From Candidatus Bathyarchaeota archaeon (lineage in GTDB: Archaea; Thermoproteota; Bathyarchaeia; Bathyarchaeales; Bathycorpusculaceae), in NCBI GenBank assembly GCA_963780185.1, contig CAWABA010000006.1, forward strand, positions 640,001 through 704,000: 64,000 bases of DNA. Direction: 5' to 3'. The notes beneath the pieces are model-generated. The model saw only the letters and a list, made by a program, of their open reading frames with translations, had not been told where the DNA came from and did no database searches. Of the stretch, positions 50,615-61,062 are shown one piece after another. The position numbers were made by a program, and so were the translations under genes. Positions within the stretch are counted from its first letter, which is position 1. Every line of letters begins with the position of its first letter.

Positions 50615-51214
50615 ATGGAACCGACGTATGCTGACTTACATATTCACACTGTCTATTCAAGTGATTCTCTTATTCAACCCAAAACCTTGGTTGACATGCT
50701 TTCCGCGCACGGCTTCATCAAGGTTGCAGCTGTAACGGACCATGATAGCGTTAGAGGCATCAAAGCAACGGTTGAATTAGCCAAGGCTTATCCTGACGTT
50801 CTCATCATTCCAGGGGTTGAAATCAGCACGCCGCAGGGTGACGTTTTGGTTTTGGGAACGGATGAGTTGCCGCCGAAACCTTGGAGCCCCGAATGTGTGG
50901 TTGACTACGCGAAAAGCGTCGGAGCGGTGACTTCTGTTGCGCATCCGTTCCGCGAGTACGGCATGGGCGATTTAGCGAGAAACTACAACTTCGACGCGGT
51001 CGAGGTGCTTAACGGGAACTCGTCGGCTCAGGCGAACAGCGAGGCGAAGGCGCTTGCGAAAAGCATGGGTTTGCCTGGCACCGCAGGCAGCGACGCTCAT
51101 CAAGTGTCAGAGTTGTTTCGGGTGAACGCGAAAATTGACTGCGACTTGAGCGTTGAAGCTGTTTTGAAGGCGATTAAGAAGGGTTTCATATCTGCTCAGG
51201 TGACGAAGGGATAA
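50615..51214 (+). CDS. PHP-domain metal-dependent phosphoesterase
   Basis: DLHIHT.YS.D, VTDHD, GVEIS, AHP, GSDAH. Confidence 0.9.
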   Translation: MEPTYADLHIHTVYSSDSLIQPKTLVDMLSAHGFIKVAAVTDHDSVRGIKATVELAKAYPDVLIIPGVEISTPQGDVLVLGTDELPPKPWSPECVVDYAKSVGAVTSVAHPFREYGMGDLARNYNFDAVEVLNGNSSAQANSEAKALAKSMGLPGTAGSDAHQVSELFRVNAKIDCDLSVEAVLKAIKKGFISAQVTKG

Positions 51215-51295
51215 ATATGTTTTTAAAAGAGCAGAGTTTAATTTCTAAATGTTAAGGGGAAACTCAAAGACAAAGCTACAAAGGATTGGTTTTAT

Positions 51296-52552
51296 TTGCA
51301 GATTGGATTTTTAGGCGGCGCAAGAGAAGTCGGTAGAATGGGCATATCTGTCAAATCAGAGAAAACACAGGTCATACTGGATTACGGCGTTATGCTTGGC
51401 AATGAGCCTGGGTTCCCAATGCATGTTCCACCCAAAGACGTTGACGGGTTAATTCTAACTCATAGCCACCTGGATCATTCAGGCGCGCTACCGATCTTCT
51501 ACATAAACGACAAAAAGCCTCTGTATACGAACATGCTTAACCTTGAGTTGACGGAGGTTCTGATTCAGGATTTTATTCATCTGTCAAGTTACTATTTGCC
51601 GTTTGAGTATCTTGAACTTAAAACGTTGATGCGAAGCAACAAGCATCTGAATTTCGGCGTTGAAGAAACCGTCGGCGACATGAAGATTAAACTGCTTGAC
51701 GCGGGACACACTCCTGGAAGCGCACAGGTGCAGGTTGAAGCAGACGGCAAAAGGCTTCTTTTCACTGGCGACTACAACATGGAAGACACCATGCTGCTTA
51801 AAGGCGCAACCATGGATTACGGCGACTTCGACGCAGTCATAACAGAAAGCACCTACGCAAACGAAGACCACACTGCGCGGCCTGAACTTGAGAAAAGCTT
51901 CGCCGAGGCAGCGACCGATATAGTTGAACGGGGCGGAACGGTTCTGGTGCCCGCTTTCGGCGTGGGACGTGCACAGGAAATCGCCTGCGTGTTGTCAGCC
52001 CATCATTTTGAATTCCCGATAGTTTTGGACGGGATGGCCAGGGAAGCCAGCAGAATAATAATGGATCACAAAGAATTCCTCAGAGACCCGAAGCTCTTCA
52101 CGAACGCTATGCATTCGCTTGACTGGGTTGACGGGTGGCGTGACCGTCGCAGAGCAACGAAGGATCCCTGCGTGATCATTTCGCCTGCAGGCATGTTAAA
52201 GGGCGGTCCATCGCAGTTTTACGTTTCCAAAATCGGCAAGAAGGCGGCCAACGCGATTTTCCTTGTTAGCTACCAGATTCCTGGAACGCCGGGTAAACAG
52301 CTGCTGGATAAGGGTGTGACCACGATTGACGGCAGAGTGCAAAAGGTTAAGGCGCAATACAGGCATTTTGACTTCTCATCGCATTGTGGAGCAAGCCATC
52401 TTAAAGAAGGCTTAAGACGCCTCGGCGGCAAACCAAAAGTCTTCGCGGTTCATGGTGCAGAAGGCAATTGTGAGTTGCTTGCGAACTGGGCGAAAACCGA
52501 GCTGGGACTGGATGCTGTAGCGCCGAAAACTGGAGAAACTTACCAGATTTAG
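51296..52552 (+). CDS. MBL-fold beta-CASP ribonuclease
   Basis: FLGGAREVGR, THSHLDHSG, AGHTPGS, TGD, ESTY, FGVGRAQE, FSSH, VHG. Confidence 0.9.
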   Translation: MQIGFLGGAREVGRMGISVKSEKTQVILDYGVMLGNEPGFPMHVPPKDVDGLILTHSHLDHSGALPIFYINDKKPLYTNMLNLELTEVLIQDFIHLSSYYLPFEYLELKTLMRSNKHLNFGVEETVGDMKIKLLDAGHTPGSAQVQVEADGKRLLFTGDYNMEDTMLLKGATMDYGDFDAVITESTYANEDHTARPELEKSFAEAATDIVERGGTVLVPAFGVGRAQEIACVLSAHHFEFPIVLDGMAREASRIIMDHKEFLRDPKLFTNAMHSLDWVDGWRDRRRATKDPCVIISPAGMLKGGPSQFYVSKIGKKAANAIFLVSYQIPGTPGKQLLDKGVTTIDGRVQKVKAQYRHFDFSSHCGASHLKEGLRRLGGKPKVFAVHGAEGNCELLANWAKTELGLDAVAPKTGETYQI

Positions 52553-52699
52553 CCTGTTCTGGCGCACTGACAAAGGGTTGTGCACCATGCATTTTTAATA
52601 TTCTGCTTTCCGCTTTATTACGGATAAAAAGGAAACCTTATTCTGTGTGCAATCCTATTTGCACGGATTATTAGCAACAGTAAACGTTAGGGAAACATT

Positions 52700-53575
52700 A
52701 TGAGTGAGCCGCAGCCGACTAAGACGCCGTCTAAGCAGCAGGATCGATTCAGCTTCGACGTCGTATATTTGATTCCGATACTGGCAAGCCTCATCTTCGG
52801 TTTGCTTTGCGCTTCGCTTCTCCGTACTCAGGAGCCCGCAACGATCCCTGTTACGCCTCTGCCTCAGAACACGGCTTCAGGGTCTTTTGGCAACGCGTTT
52901 TACTTCGTTATTTTGGTGGCTGTTGCAGCAACCGTGTTTTATCTTCTGCTCAAACGTAGAAGCAAAAAAATCATCAAAGGCTTAATCGTCGTCGCCATGA
53001 CCACCGCCGCATTGCTGCTCTCGCTTGTCTACTTAGCCGCAGTCTTACCAAGCAACCTCAGCATCCTGTGGATTCCTCTGTCCTTAATCATCACGGCGCT
53101 GTTTGACTTCGCCGTTTTCCGACTGGGCAGCATGGCAAGAAACGTGGCGGTTATCGGGATTGGAGGCGCACTCGGGGTCTTCTTCGGGTTTGAAATCCAG
53201 CTTTGGACAGCTGTGCTGATTTTGGCTTTCTTGGCGATTTACGATGTGTTCGCGGTTTATCGGGGTCCAGTTGGCAAAATCGCTCAGAGCCAAGGCGGAC
53301 TTGATGACCTGCAAGGTTTAAGCTACGACTTTCGAGACATCCAGATGGGGCTGGGCGACTTGGTGTTTTACTCGATGCTCAGCGGCGTCATGTTCTTCAG
53401 CTTTCCAACCAGCGTACTGCCCTGCATAGCTGCGATAGTCGGCATCATCGCGGGTTCAATCGTCACGTTCTTCATGCTTGAACGCAAAGGCATCTTCCCC
53501 GGCTTGCCGTTCCCAATCATGCTTGGCTTAGCAGGCGGCTTGATTATGGGACTGGTTATTCTGCCGATTCTCTAA
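52700..53575 (+). CDS. presenilin/A22 GxGD intramembrane aspartyl protease
   Basis: AIYDVFAVY, MGLGDLVFY, PGLP (PAL-like), about 9 TM. Confidence 0.88.
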   Translation: MSEPQPTKTPSKQQDRFSFDVVYLIPILASLIFGLLCASLLRTQEPATIPVTPLPQNTASGSFGNAFYFVILVAVAATVFYLLLKRRSKKIIKGLIVVAMTTAALLLSLVYLAAVLPSNLSILWIPLSLIITALFDFAVFRLGSMARNVAVIGIGGALGVFFGFEIQLWTAVLILAFLAIYDVFAVYRGPVGKIAQSQGGLDDLQGLSYDFRDIQMGLGDLVFYSMLSGVMFFSFPTSVLPCIAAIVGIIAGSIVTFFMLERKGIFPGLPFPIMLGLAGGLIMGLVILPIL

Positions 53576-53653
53576 GGCTTTCGGGCTGCATCGGCGCTTT
53601 TTGTGGTTGGTTTTTGATCACAAATACTAGACCCCCTCCCCTTGTCTTTGAAG

Positions 53654-53687
53654 CCATTTTTACCTCGGTTTTTAGATGTAAAAATGG
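53654..53687. repeat. dispersed dyad CCATTTTTAC-N14-GTAAAAATGG, copy 2
   Basis: Perfect 10-bp inverted arms; adjacent AGACCCCC tract, as at the 26.9-kb copy. Confidence 0.55.
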
Positions 53688-53973
53688 GGTACCCCTCATT
53701 GGGTGAACTGCCCTGCTTGGGGCTTGTTTTGGGTTGATTTTTTGATTTGGGGTTTTTTTCAACCGTTTCTAATTCAGCGAAAGGCAGGTTTCATGTTGGA
53801 ACCCAAATCTGGGGGGTTTGACCTTTTCTGCAACAATTGATACAGCAGGTTTACCGCTATGTTGTCTCTGCCAATCAGGGAAAGAGGGTAAATCGGCAAA
53901 AGATTAATTATTGATGCATGAATGATAGAGCGTAAAATAGCGTCAAACGCTTAGAGGGAAGACCGCGATTGCG

Positions 53974-55192
53974 GTGAAGAGAGGGGGGAAGCAAACGCTG
54001 TATTCGCTATCTAACAGCATAAACGATGCAAAGCAGCCAGTCCGTAACCATAAACGTCCAAGCCGACGGCAATGCCTAGTCGTAGGCTTCATCATGGTTA
54101 CGATTTTAGCAGCAAGCTTCTTTGTACTGTACAGTGTGCCACAGGAGACCTATGCCCAGAACCCCACACAGTACACTGTATCCTCTAACATTCAATACCC
54201 TCCAGCCGCATCCGCCCAGCTGAATGTTCCCTTCTGCGACCAAGACGAATCTGTGAATAAACAGCACAACCTGGTCGGTTCATGTTGGGATGCATCTGCA
54301 GAGATGATTCTAAATTACTGGCATAACCAAGGGTACTTGGCGTCTGTCCCGTCTCAAGGCGAAATCTATTTGGGCACAATGTCCTTTGGCGCAGGCGGCA
54401 ACTTGAACGCTGAGTTAGCAGCCTTAGGCTTCTACAGCGCAGAATACTATCCACTTCAAACATCATACGCCAGCTACAGCGATTACCAGCAACAATGCAA
54501 CGCCTTCAACGCAAGCCAAATGATCTACAGCGCCCAAGTCGCCTTGTCGTTGGGGGTGCCGCTGGAAGCGACAGTGGAGACTCAACCGTACCCGCAAGCA
54601 AACGTGACCACTGGTGGAATAATCTGCGATTCAAGAGGACCAGACCACGCAATAGTCATAACGGGCTACAACCAAACAGGCTTCATATTTAATTCGGCAA
54701 CAAGCGAAAAATCTCAATCCCGCGTTTGTAACCGATGATAGGATGAATAAATACTCGAATGATGGGCAAGTAGTCAACGGCTACATGCTATATTGCCCGT
54801 ACCAAGAGTTCATAGACGCCTACAACAGCGAAATCTGGAGCTTCAACGCCATTTTTCCGCTTAACTACTCGGCCATCATGCGCCAACAAACCATGCAGCT
54901 TGTCAACGAAAACAAACAGGCAATATCTGGAATGCTAGTTTCATCTCCTTTCTCATCGGCAACAACCAACACAGATGGATATGCGACGCTGACCATCACA
55001 TTGTTGGGCACACCTATAGCCGTAGGCTACAACATGCAAACAAACGCCAACGGCAACTACTGTGGCCAATACAATGAGACGCACCAACTTAACCGCAGCT
55101 TCAGCGAAGACTACGGCATCTACATGCTATACCCGACAACCACGGAAAATTCGCAAGCGACAACAACGAAACAAATAGAATACGTTGAATAA
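53974..55192 (+). CDS. membrane-anchored papain-like (C39-type) cysteine peptidase; frameshift in A-run near 54708
   Basis: TM anchor, VPFCDQ..SCWDASAEMILNYW, DHAIVITGY; removing one A joins the 54743 ORF. Confidence 0.7.
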
Positions 55193-55495
55193 CTTTAACT
55201 TATCCCCTTCGCGAGGTTGGAAGGAGGAAATCTCCAGAAAAGAGCTTCTGGAGCCTATACACGGTATAACTTCAACTTCACCAAAGTCATCTTCTTCAGA
55301 CTCGATGTAACTGGATTCTCCAAAATTTGTTAACCAATGCATTTCGTCAGATTGAGGATCGGCTTGTTTTTGGTTTGTCGCATCTAAATATTGGAAAAGT
55401 TGTTGAGCTATTTTGCCAGCATCGTTTATTTTGGCAGCATCTGATATTTGATATTGCGTTTCCGAATCGAGATGTTTACTTTCTCCTTGAAGCAT
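55127..55495 (-). CDS. hypothetical protein
   Basis: 122-aa ORF with GGGGT RBS-like site; 3' end overlaps the peptidase gene. Confidence 0.4.
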   Translation of the reverse strand: MLQGESKHLDSETQYQISDAAKINDAGKIAQQLFQYLDATNQKQADPQSDEMHWLTNFGESSYIESEEDDFGEVEVIPCIGSRSSFLEISSFQPREGDKLKLFNVFYLFRCCRLRIFRGCRV

Positions 55496-55873
55496 AGTTA
55501 CCCCAAAAGTAGAATGTGGTTTGAAATACTTAGTTTTTCAGGCGGAGTCAGTATGCACTTTATCGCTGCCGCTACGTCTTTTCTGCTTTCAATATGCTAG
55601 ATTCAGAGTAAAGTTCGAGGTAAATTTTGTGGAGATGAATACATTTGAATCAACAACGACAAGAATTTGGAGACACAGCTGCAATATTCTACCGTCACTA
55701 GACTCGGATTCTCTTAAGTAACAAATATGCATCTGTCGGTGAGATATGTCTAAAATGTTGTACAGCGTGGGGACAGAGAAAGAAAGGTAAGCAAATTTGA
55801 ATAGAGATTTACGAGAGAGAAAGACTAAATTTTAACGCCCACTCACTATGCTGGCGTGTGAGAAAAGGCTGAA

Positions 55874-56365
55874 TTAAGTTGGATGACTTGTGATTGGTTG
55901 TCCTTTATAATGGTAGGTTATTTTATTTTTATACTGATTGTATCCACAAAAAATACAAATGTCGGCATAGTCTTTTGGCAAAACCTTTTTGCAATAAGGG
56001 CAGACCGAACATGCTCGTTGCTCGTTAGGAATAATAGTTAATTTTCTATAATAATCCTTACATTGACCATTATAATGAATACCTGCGATAATTGAGCCCA
56101 CAATTAAAAAAGGACCAGATAATGCAATCAAAAAAGAAAATCCGGTTACAAGTGCAATCCAATATGAAACATCGCCTCTATAAATTACAGTAGTTCCTAT
56201 CGTGATTAAACTGAAAGCTACAGAAAGGTATGTTGTAAGCGCTCCAAAAACGAAAAGGAATACCCATCCCAGTATCAATATTTTTCCTGTTTTTTTAATG
56301 TTTATTTTAGCTGCTTCAATTTTCTTTAGCAGATAAGCGTCGTTCGTTTCTTCAGACAAACCCAA
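55874..56365 (-). CDS. two-TM protein with C-terminal zinc ribbon
   Basis: Two TM helices then CPYC...CIFCG; very AT-rich. Confidence 0.7.
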   Translation of the reverse strand: MGLSEETNDAYLLKKIEAAKINIKKTGKILILGWVFLFVFGALTTYLSVAFSLITIGTTVIYRGDVSYWIALVTGFSFLIALSGPFLIVGSIIAGIHYNGQCKDYYRKLTIIPNEQRACSVCPYCKKVLPKDYADICIFCGYNQYKNKITYHYKGQPITSHPT

Positions 56366-56694
56366 ACACTCACAGTATCAATAATTTAATTGAGCTTAAG
56401 AGATTTGCGTTAGTCTTGCAGCTGAACTTTGAGCATGAAGGTTATCTTCCATATTTTTCTGACGAACACGTTTGTTCAATCATCATTTAATCTTAGGTTA
56501 ATAACAGTTTGACTGTTAGGTTGATACGAACTGAACGCATCACTCTCCCAGTTTGATAGGTCAGCATCATGAACATTTGCAGGACCCATTACAGCGTCAA
56601 AGTTTACGTTTGATGGGTCATTATCGCTTTTTCTTATTCAAAATATTTAGAGGTGCGCATAATTTTAAAATCTAGTTAGCGCTTATTTGTATTC

Positions 56695-56947
56695 ATGGAA
56701 GCCTGTGAGATCGTCAAGCTTTTTCGTCAATAAAGCAATAGTTCCAACCGAGCTTAAAAGACGCGGCAATCCTGGTTATAGCAGATTCAAGGCACTTAGA
56801 ATTCTCATCTACTTCAGATTGAAAAGACTCGACAACGACACATGCATAGTTGAACATCTAAAGAAGCACAAAGTGGTTTCTAGAACCTTTAGGTCTTTAC
56901 AGAGTTTCAGAAAACTTAAACTTGAAGAACCGACTCTTTGGATTTAG
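56695..56947 (+). pseudogene. truncated transposase N-terminus (IS5/IS4-like) remnant
   Basis: MEACEIVKL/FVNK..KRRGNPGYSR..ALRILIY..L.....IVEHLKKH....RT; frameshifted, no DDE domain. Confidence 0.55.
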
Positions 56948-57000
56948 TGAAAGGTTAAAAGGTTAAGTTGACTTTGGGCTTATAGAAAGCGGCGTCTTAT

Positions 57001-57843
57001 ATGGATAAATCATGTGTTGCTCTTGTTAAGGGTGAACGGGGACATGAACCCGTTTGGAAAGCCTTAGATTTAATCGATTACAAATCAGCCTTGGCTGGTT
57101 GCAGTCGGGTTCTCATAAAAGTCAACTTCATAAACACCCAAACATGGGACACGGGTGCTACAACCGACCCAATGGTGGTTGAAGCCATAATCCTGCGGCT
57201 AAAAGAGCTAGGCAAAGAAGCCATCGTTGTTGAGTCAGACGCAACCGTAACCAACGCTGACAAAGCCTACGAAGCCACAGGCATGAAGGAGATGGTTGAA
57301 CGCAACGGCGTCAAATTCATCAACCTGCGCTACGAAAAAGACAAAGTCAAAATCCCCATCCCCGACTGCGAAACCCTCAACAGCATCACGGTGCCCCGCA
57401 TAGTCACGGAATCAGCCATAATCAGCGCTGCCAAACTGAAGACACACATGGCAACCAAAGTCACGTTGGGCATGAAAAACATGTTCGGATTGATGCCTGA
57501 CAAGTTCAAGGGAAAGTTCCACATGAACGGCATAAGCAAAGTCGTAGTCGACATCAACACCGTAATAAAACCTGTCTTAACCGTGATCGACGGCTTCGTC
57601 GCGATGGAAGGCAGAGGACCAACCGACGGCACCCCAGTCAAGATGGATTTGATAATCGCGGGAAGAGACGTTGTCGCCACCGACGCAACAGGCGCCAGAG
57701 TTATGGGACTTGATCCCCATGAAATCAGCCACATCCGAACCGCCGCCGAGAAAGGCTTAGGCAACATCGACAACATAGAAATCCTCGGCTCAAAACTCAA
57801 AGAGGTAAAACGCACATTTAAGCCAGCCAAAATGGTAAGATAA
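57001..57843 (+). CDS. DUF362 domain protein
   Basis: VLIKVN, TTDP, KLKTH...VTLGMKNMFG, IDGF.AMEG.GP, DVVATDA. Confidence 0.88.
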   Translation: MDKSCVALVKGERGHEPVWKALDLIDYKSALAGCSRVLIKVNFINTQTWDTGATTDPMVVEAIILRLKELGKEAIVVESDATVTNADKAYEATGMKEMVERNGVKFINLRYEKDKVKIPIPDCETLNSITVPRIVTESAIISAAKLKTHMATKVTLGMKNMFGLMPDKFKGKFHMNGISKVVVDINTVIKPVLTVIDGFVAMEGRGPTDGTPVKMDLIIAGRDVVATDATGARVMGLDPHEISHIRTAAEKGLGNIDNIEILGSKLKEVKRTFKPAKMVR

Positions 57844-57852
57844 GCAGATCGA

Positions 57853-58794
57853 TTAACTTTCCTTGGCTGGATTTGCTTCTTTTCTGGAAACTGAATCGTT
57901 TATTGGTTCTAATGCTTTTTCGATGAATTCAAACTTTATCAACTTCAGAAGGCCTAACGTATCTTTAAAAAGATCTTTTTTTACTTCTTTCAGGGCTTGC
58001 GTTTGTTCCATATTTTCTGTTCCCTTTATTTTGGCGTGAGACAAATTATTTCGAATATTCGATAATCTTCCTAGCTCACTTTCGCCAACACCAATCGGAT
58101 AAATTCTTTTAAACGCTTTTCCATAATCATCGATGACCTTGAATGCATCAATGTAACTTCTATCAAAATCCCCGTTAACAAAGGCGTCCAAGGAAGAGCT
58201 TAGATAATATGTCAACAAATCGATATCCTTGAGTGCTTCTTTGCTAGTATATCTTTTCTTCAGTTCTTCTTTTATTATTTCAAGGTAGCGTTTTCGATTG
58301 CTTATTTTCAGAGCCTTGTTTAATACCAATGTTCTCCAAGAAATATTCAAACCAAAAATTGATGTAATAACAAAAATAATTATGGCTACGTTGAAGATAG
58401 CGCTTAAACTGGTTTTTACCAAACTCGTTGAAACAATCCCTGAGGTGCTAAGAATGATAAGAAGCCCTAAGAAAAATATTGAGTATATGGGAATGAGAGG
58501 GACCGCCCCCGCTCTTTTTCTGGTTTCCCAATGAATAGCAAACGGAACTCCAACAAGTAAGCCTACAATAACAAGGTAAGGACCGTTACTAAAATTTGAG
58601 TTTGAAGCCATCCAGAACAAGACAGACAAGGCGATGGCTATCACGAATGAAATGCCATAGAAAAAATATGCCAAACTAAAATCCGTTAAAAGAAGCGCCT
58701 GCCCTACAAACATCATCACGAGATAAAAAAACATTAAATATGATAACCAACCTGTGAGGGTAAAACGGGTTATCGCAATAAAAGCAATAGTCAA
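57853..58794 (-). CDS. multi-TM membrane protein with C-terminal HEPN-like RxxxxH domain (start uncertain)
   Basis: About 5-6 TM segments then a helical domain with IRNNLSH. Confidence 0.65.
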   Translation of the reverse strand: MTIAFIAITRFTLTGWLSYLMFFYLVMMFVGQALLLTDFSLAYFFYGISFVIAIALSVLFWMASNSNFSNGPYLVIVGLLVGVPFAIHWETRKRAGAVPLIPIYSIFFLGLLIILSTSGIVSTSLVKTSLSAIFNVAIIIFVITSIFGLNISWRTLVLNKALKISNRKRYLEIIKEELKKRYTSKEALKDIDLLTYYLSSSLDAFVNGDFDRSYIDAFKVIDDYGKAFKRIYPIGVGESELGRLSNIRNNLSHAKIKGTENMEQTQALKEVKKDLFKDTLGLLKLIKFEFIEKALEPINDSVSRKEANPAKES

Positions 58795-59012
58795 AACTAT
58801 GAAGAGAAGTACTCCGTAATCAAGATTCTTAACAAATTCCCGTCTTAGGCACTCTGATAACTTACTGAGACATCTTCAAGACTGTTCTATTTCTACTTTC
58901 TTTTTCGGTATTATGCCTTTGCATTATCGGATGCAAAAACTCAATTCGAATAATTTCTTGAAAAGCGTTTCAGCAAGGGCTTTATTAGGTGAACCGCGGA
59001 ATAAGCACTCTT

Positions 59013-59776
59013 ATGGATGAATGGATAAGTGCCTTGCTGATTCCCTATCTCACGATTTTAGCAGTGCTCGTTTTCGTGCTATTACCGCCAGTTCGGAAAG
59101 GCCTATACCTTCTACCGCTGCCGTCCAAACTCCAAAGGCTGAATTACGAACCAAAAGTTCACTACTACGTTATTTCTAGGCAAATCTTGTTATTTTTCTT
59201 TCCATTTGGCGTCGCGCTCGGTATTTTTGGGTTTGATGTAGTAAAACAGCAGCTTGCAAGTTTATTCGTTCTTGGATTATCAATCAATGTTGCTTGGGTT
59301 GCGTATTTGTCAATGGTAACAAAAGCCCGTCTTACATTGACTTTGCGGTTGATAAACTTGAAGGCAATTTAAAGTCAGAAGTACAGATAGAACCGGGTAG
59401 CGAGCATGTTCTTTATACCCGAATTTACAATTTAGGGTTTAGTACATTAAAAAATGCAATTGTTTTGATTTACCTAGGCGAAGGATTTGAAATAATTTCG
59501 GTCGATGATGACAGATATAAGCAATTAGATTTTAGCAAGTATTTTAGTCTTCAAAAGACCAATTTTGGTGCTGCCTTTCCGCCAACGCACGAAAATTACC
59601 AAAGTCTGCCGCCACAAGAATGGTTTTTGTTTCCCTTAATTATCAGAGCACCGAAATCTGAGGGCATTCGAAAAATAGAAATTCAATTATACTCTGAAAC
59701 CAGTTGGGGATTAACAAAATACCCAGCCATGGTTCACGTAATAAAAAACGATTCAAATACAATTCATGCAAAATAA
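59013..59776 (+). CDS. three-TM protein with C-terminal Ig-like domain; frameshift near 59333
   Basis: Adding one T (CGT CTT TAC ATT) joins the two ORFs; RIYNLG..LKN motif. Confidence 0.6.
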
Positions 59777-59859
59777 GAAAAGAATTGTTATTGATGACTC
59801 GGACCGTTTGAGCTGAATTATATGAGGATTGATGGATAACAAGATAATGTAACGTAAAG

Positions 59860-60050
59860 TCAGTTTGTTTGTTGGCTTCGGTTTTCTTTTCCTCTGGTTG
59901 CCGAGAGCACCGCGGCTACTGCGAGTATGGTTACGGAGGCGTAGAGTGCGGCTTGTATGCCTGTGATGAAAGATGCGCTTAGGTCGCCTGAGAGTTTCAT
60001 GGTGCCGATGAATTCTTGGGCCGAAAGGTTGAAAGCGACAGGGTAGATGT
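59860..60050 (-). pseudogene. C-terminal remnant of MFS (DHA2-like) transporter
   Basis: SFITGIQAALYASVTILAVAAVLSATRG resembles the last helix of MFS drug exporters; no upstream part. Confidence 0.55.
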
Positions 60051-60061
60051 AACTTTGTTGG

Positions 60062-60658
60062 ATGCTGATGGTTGACACGTTTTATCTGCATTTAGAATTC
60101 GCTGGCAAAGAAGGCGGCTGGTCCGTTAACTTGCCTTTTCTGTGTACCCGATGCGGCGTCTGCTGTACGCTGGACGATTTCTTGACGGCGGGAGAAATCA
60201 CTGCCACGCCCAAAGAGCACCCGCAGGTTCACGCCAAATTAAAAGCCCTCTTCGACGAGCTCGGCAAGATGTGGGAGACGGACGAAGCAAAATACGACCA
60301 ATACACCATGCACACGCCCTGCCCCTTTCTCGTAAACAACGCCTGCAGCATCTACGAAATCCGACCCGGCGGCTGCCGACTCTACCCAAAAACCGCTTTT
60401 GGCATGCAAACCAAAGACTGCCCAGCGCTCACCCGATTCAAAAAACAGCGCCTCGCCCTCAAAAAAGGGAAAACCTGCAAGGAAAACTACTACTTTGTGG
60501 GGAAAACCGCGGGTTCAGCTAAAAATGGAGAAGCAGTCAAACCTGCGGTGCTAACTGAAAAACAGTTTCAAGCGTGCATCGCAAAGCTGCGAGAGGCAGG
60601 TGTCACGGATGAAGAATTAAAGCTCTTCAACGACTTCAACAAGGCACGTAAAAAATAG
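60062..60658 (+). CDS. YkgJ family cysteine-cluster protein
   Basis: FLCTRCGVCC, PCPFL..N.CSIYEIRP.GCRLYP. Confidence 0.85.
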   Translation: MLMVDTFYLHLEFAGKEGGWSVNLPFLCTRCGVCCTLDDFLTAGEITATPKEHPQVHAKLKALFDELGKMWETDEAKYDQYTMHTPCPFLVNNACSIYEIRPGGCRLYPKTAFGMQTKDCPALTRFKKQRLALKKGKTCKENYYFVGKTAGSAKNGEAVKPAVLTEKQFQACIAKLREAGVTDEELKLFNDFNKARKK

Positions 60659-60666
60659 CCAGACGC

Positions 60667-60925
60667 CTATTGGGTAGGCTCAGTGACTATTTCGGCGTCT
60701 GCACAGCCGCTTTCCAGATGCGTTATCCTAACTTTTAGGTGTTCGTTGAGTTTTGCGTTGCCGATGAAGATTAGAAAGTTTTTGATTTTGGCTATGCCTT
60801 CTCCGTTTGGACTCATCTGTTCAATGTCCACTTCGTATTCGTCTCCAATTTCAAATGGGTAACCAAAACCTCTTCCGCGGTTTTTTGCGTTTCTTGGGGC
60901 TCGTTTTTTTGGGCTAATAGTGCAT
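60667..60925 (-). CDS. single-TRAM-domain RNA-binding protein, 1-nt frameshift near the start (missed by ORF track)
   Basis: PFEIGDEYEVDIEQMSPNGEGIAKIKNFLIFIGNAKLNEHLKVRIT...ADAEIV; ATG CAC TAT (T) AGC. Confidence 0.8.
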
Positions 60926-61062
60926 CTTCCTCGATTTTGACATACAAGCTGTATTTAAAAGCAAATCTTGATTCTTTAAGGTTTCCTCTCTTCGGTGTCT
61001 CAGAGGCTACATACACATTCTCTAATGGGTACCTCACCATTTAGCTGTAGGCGTAAACAACT

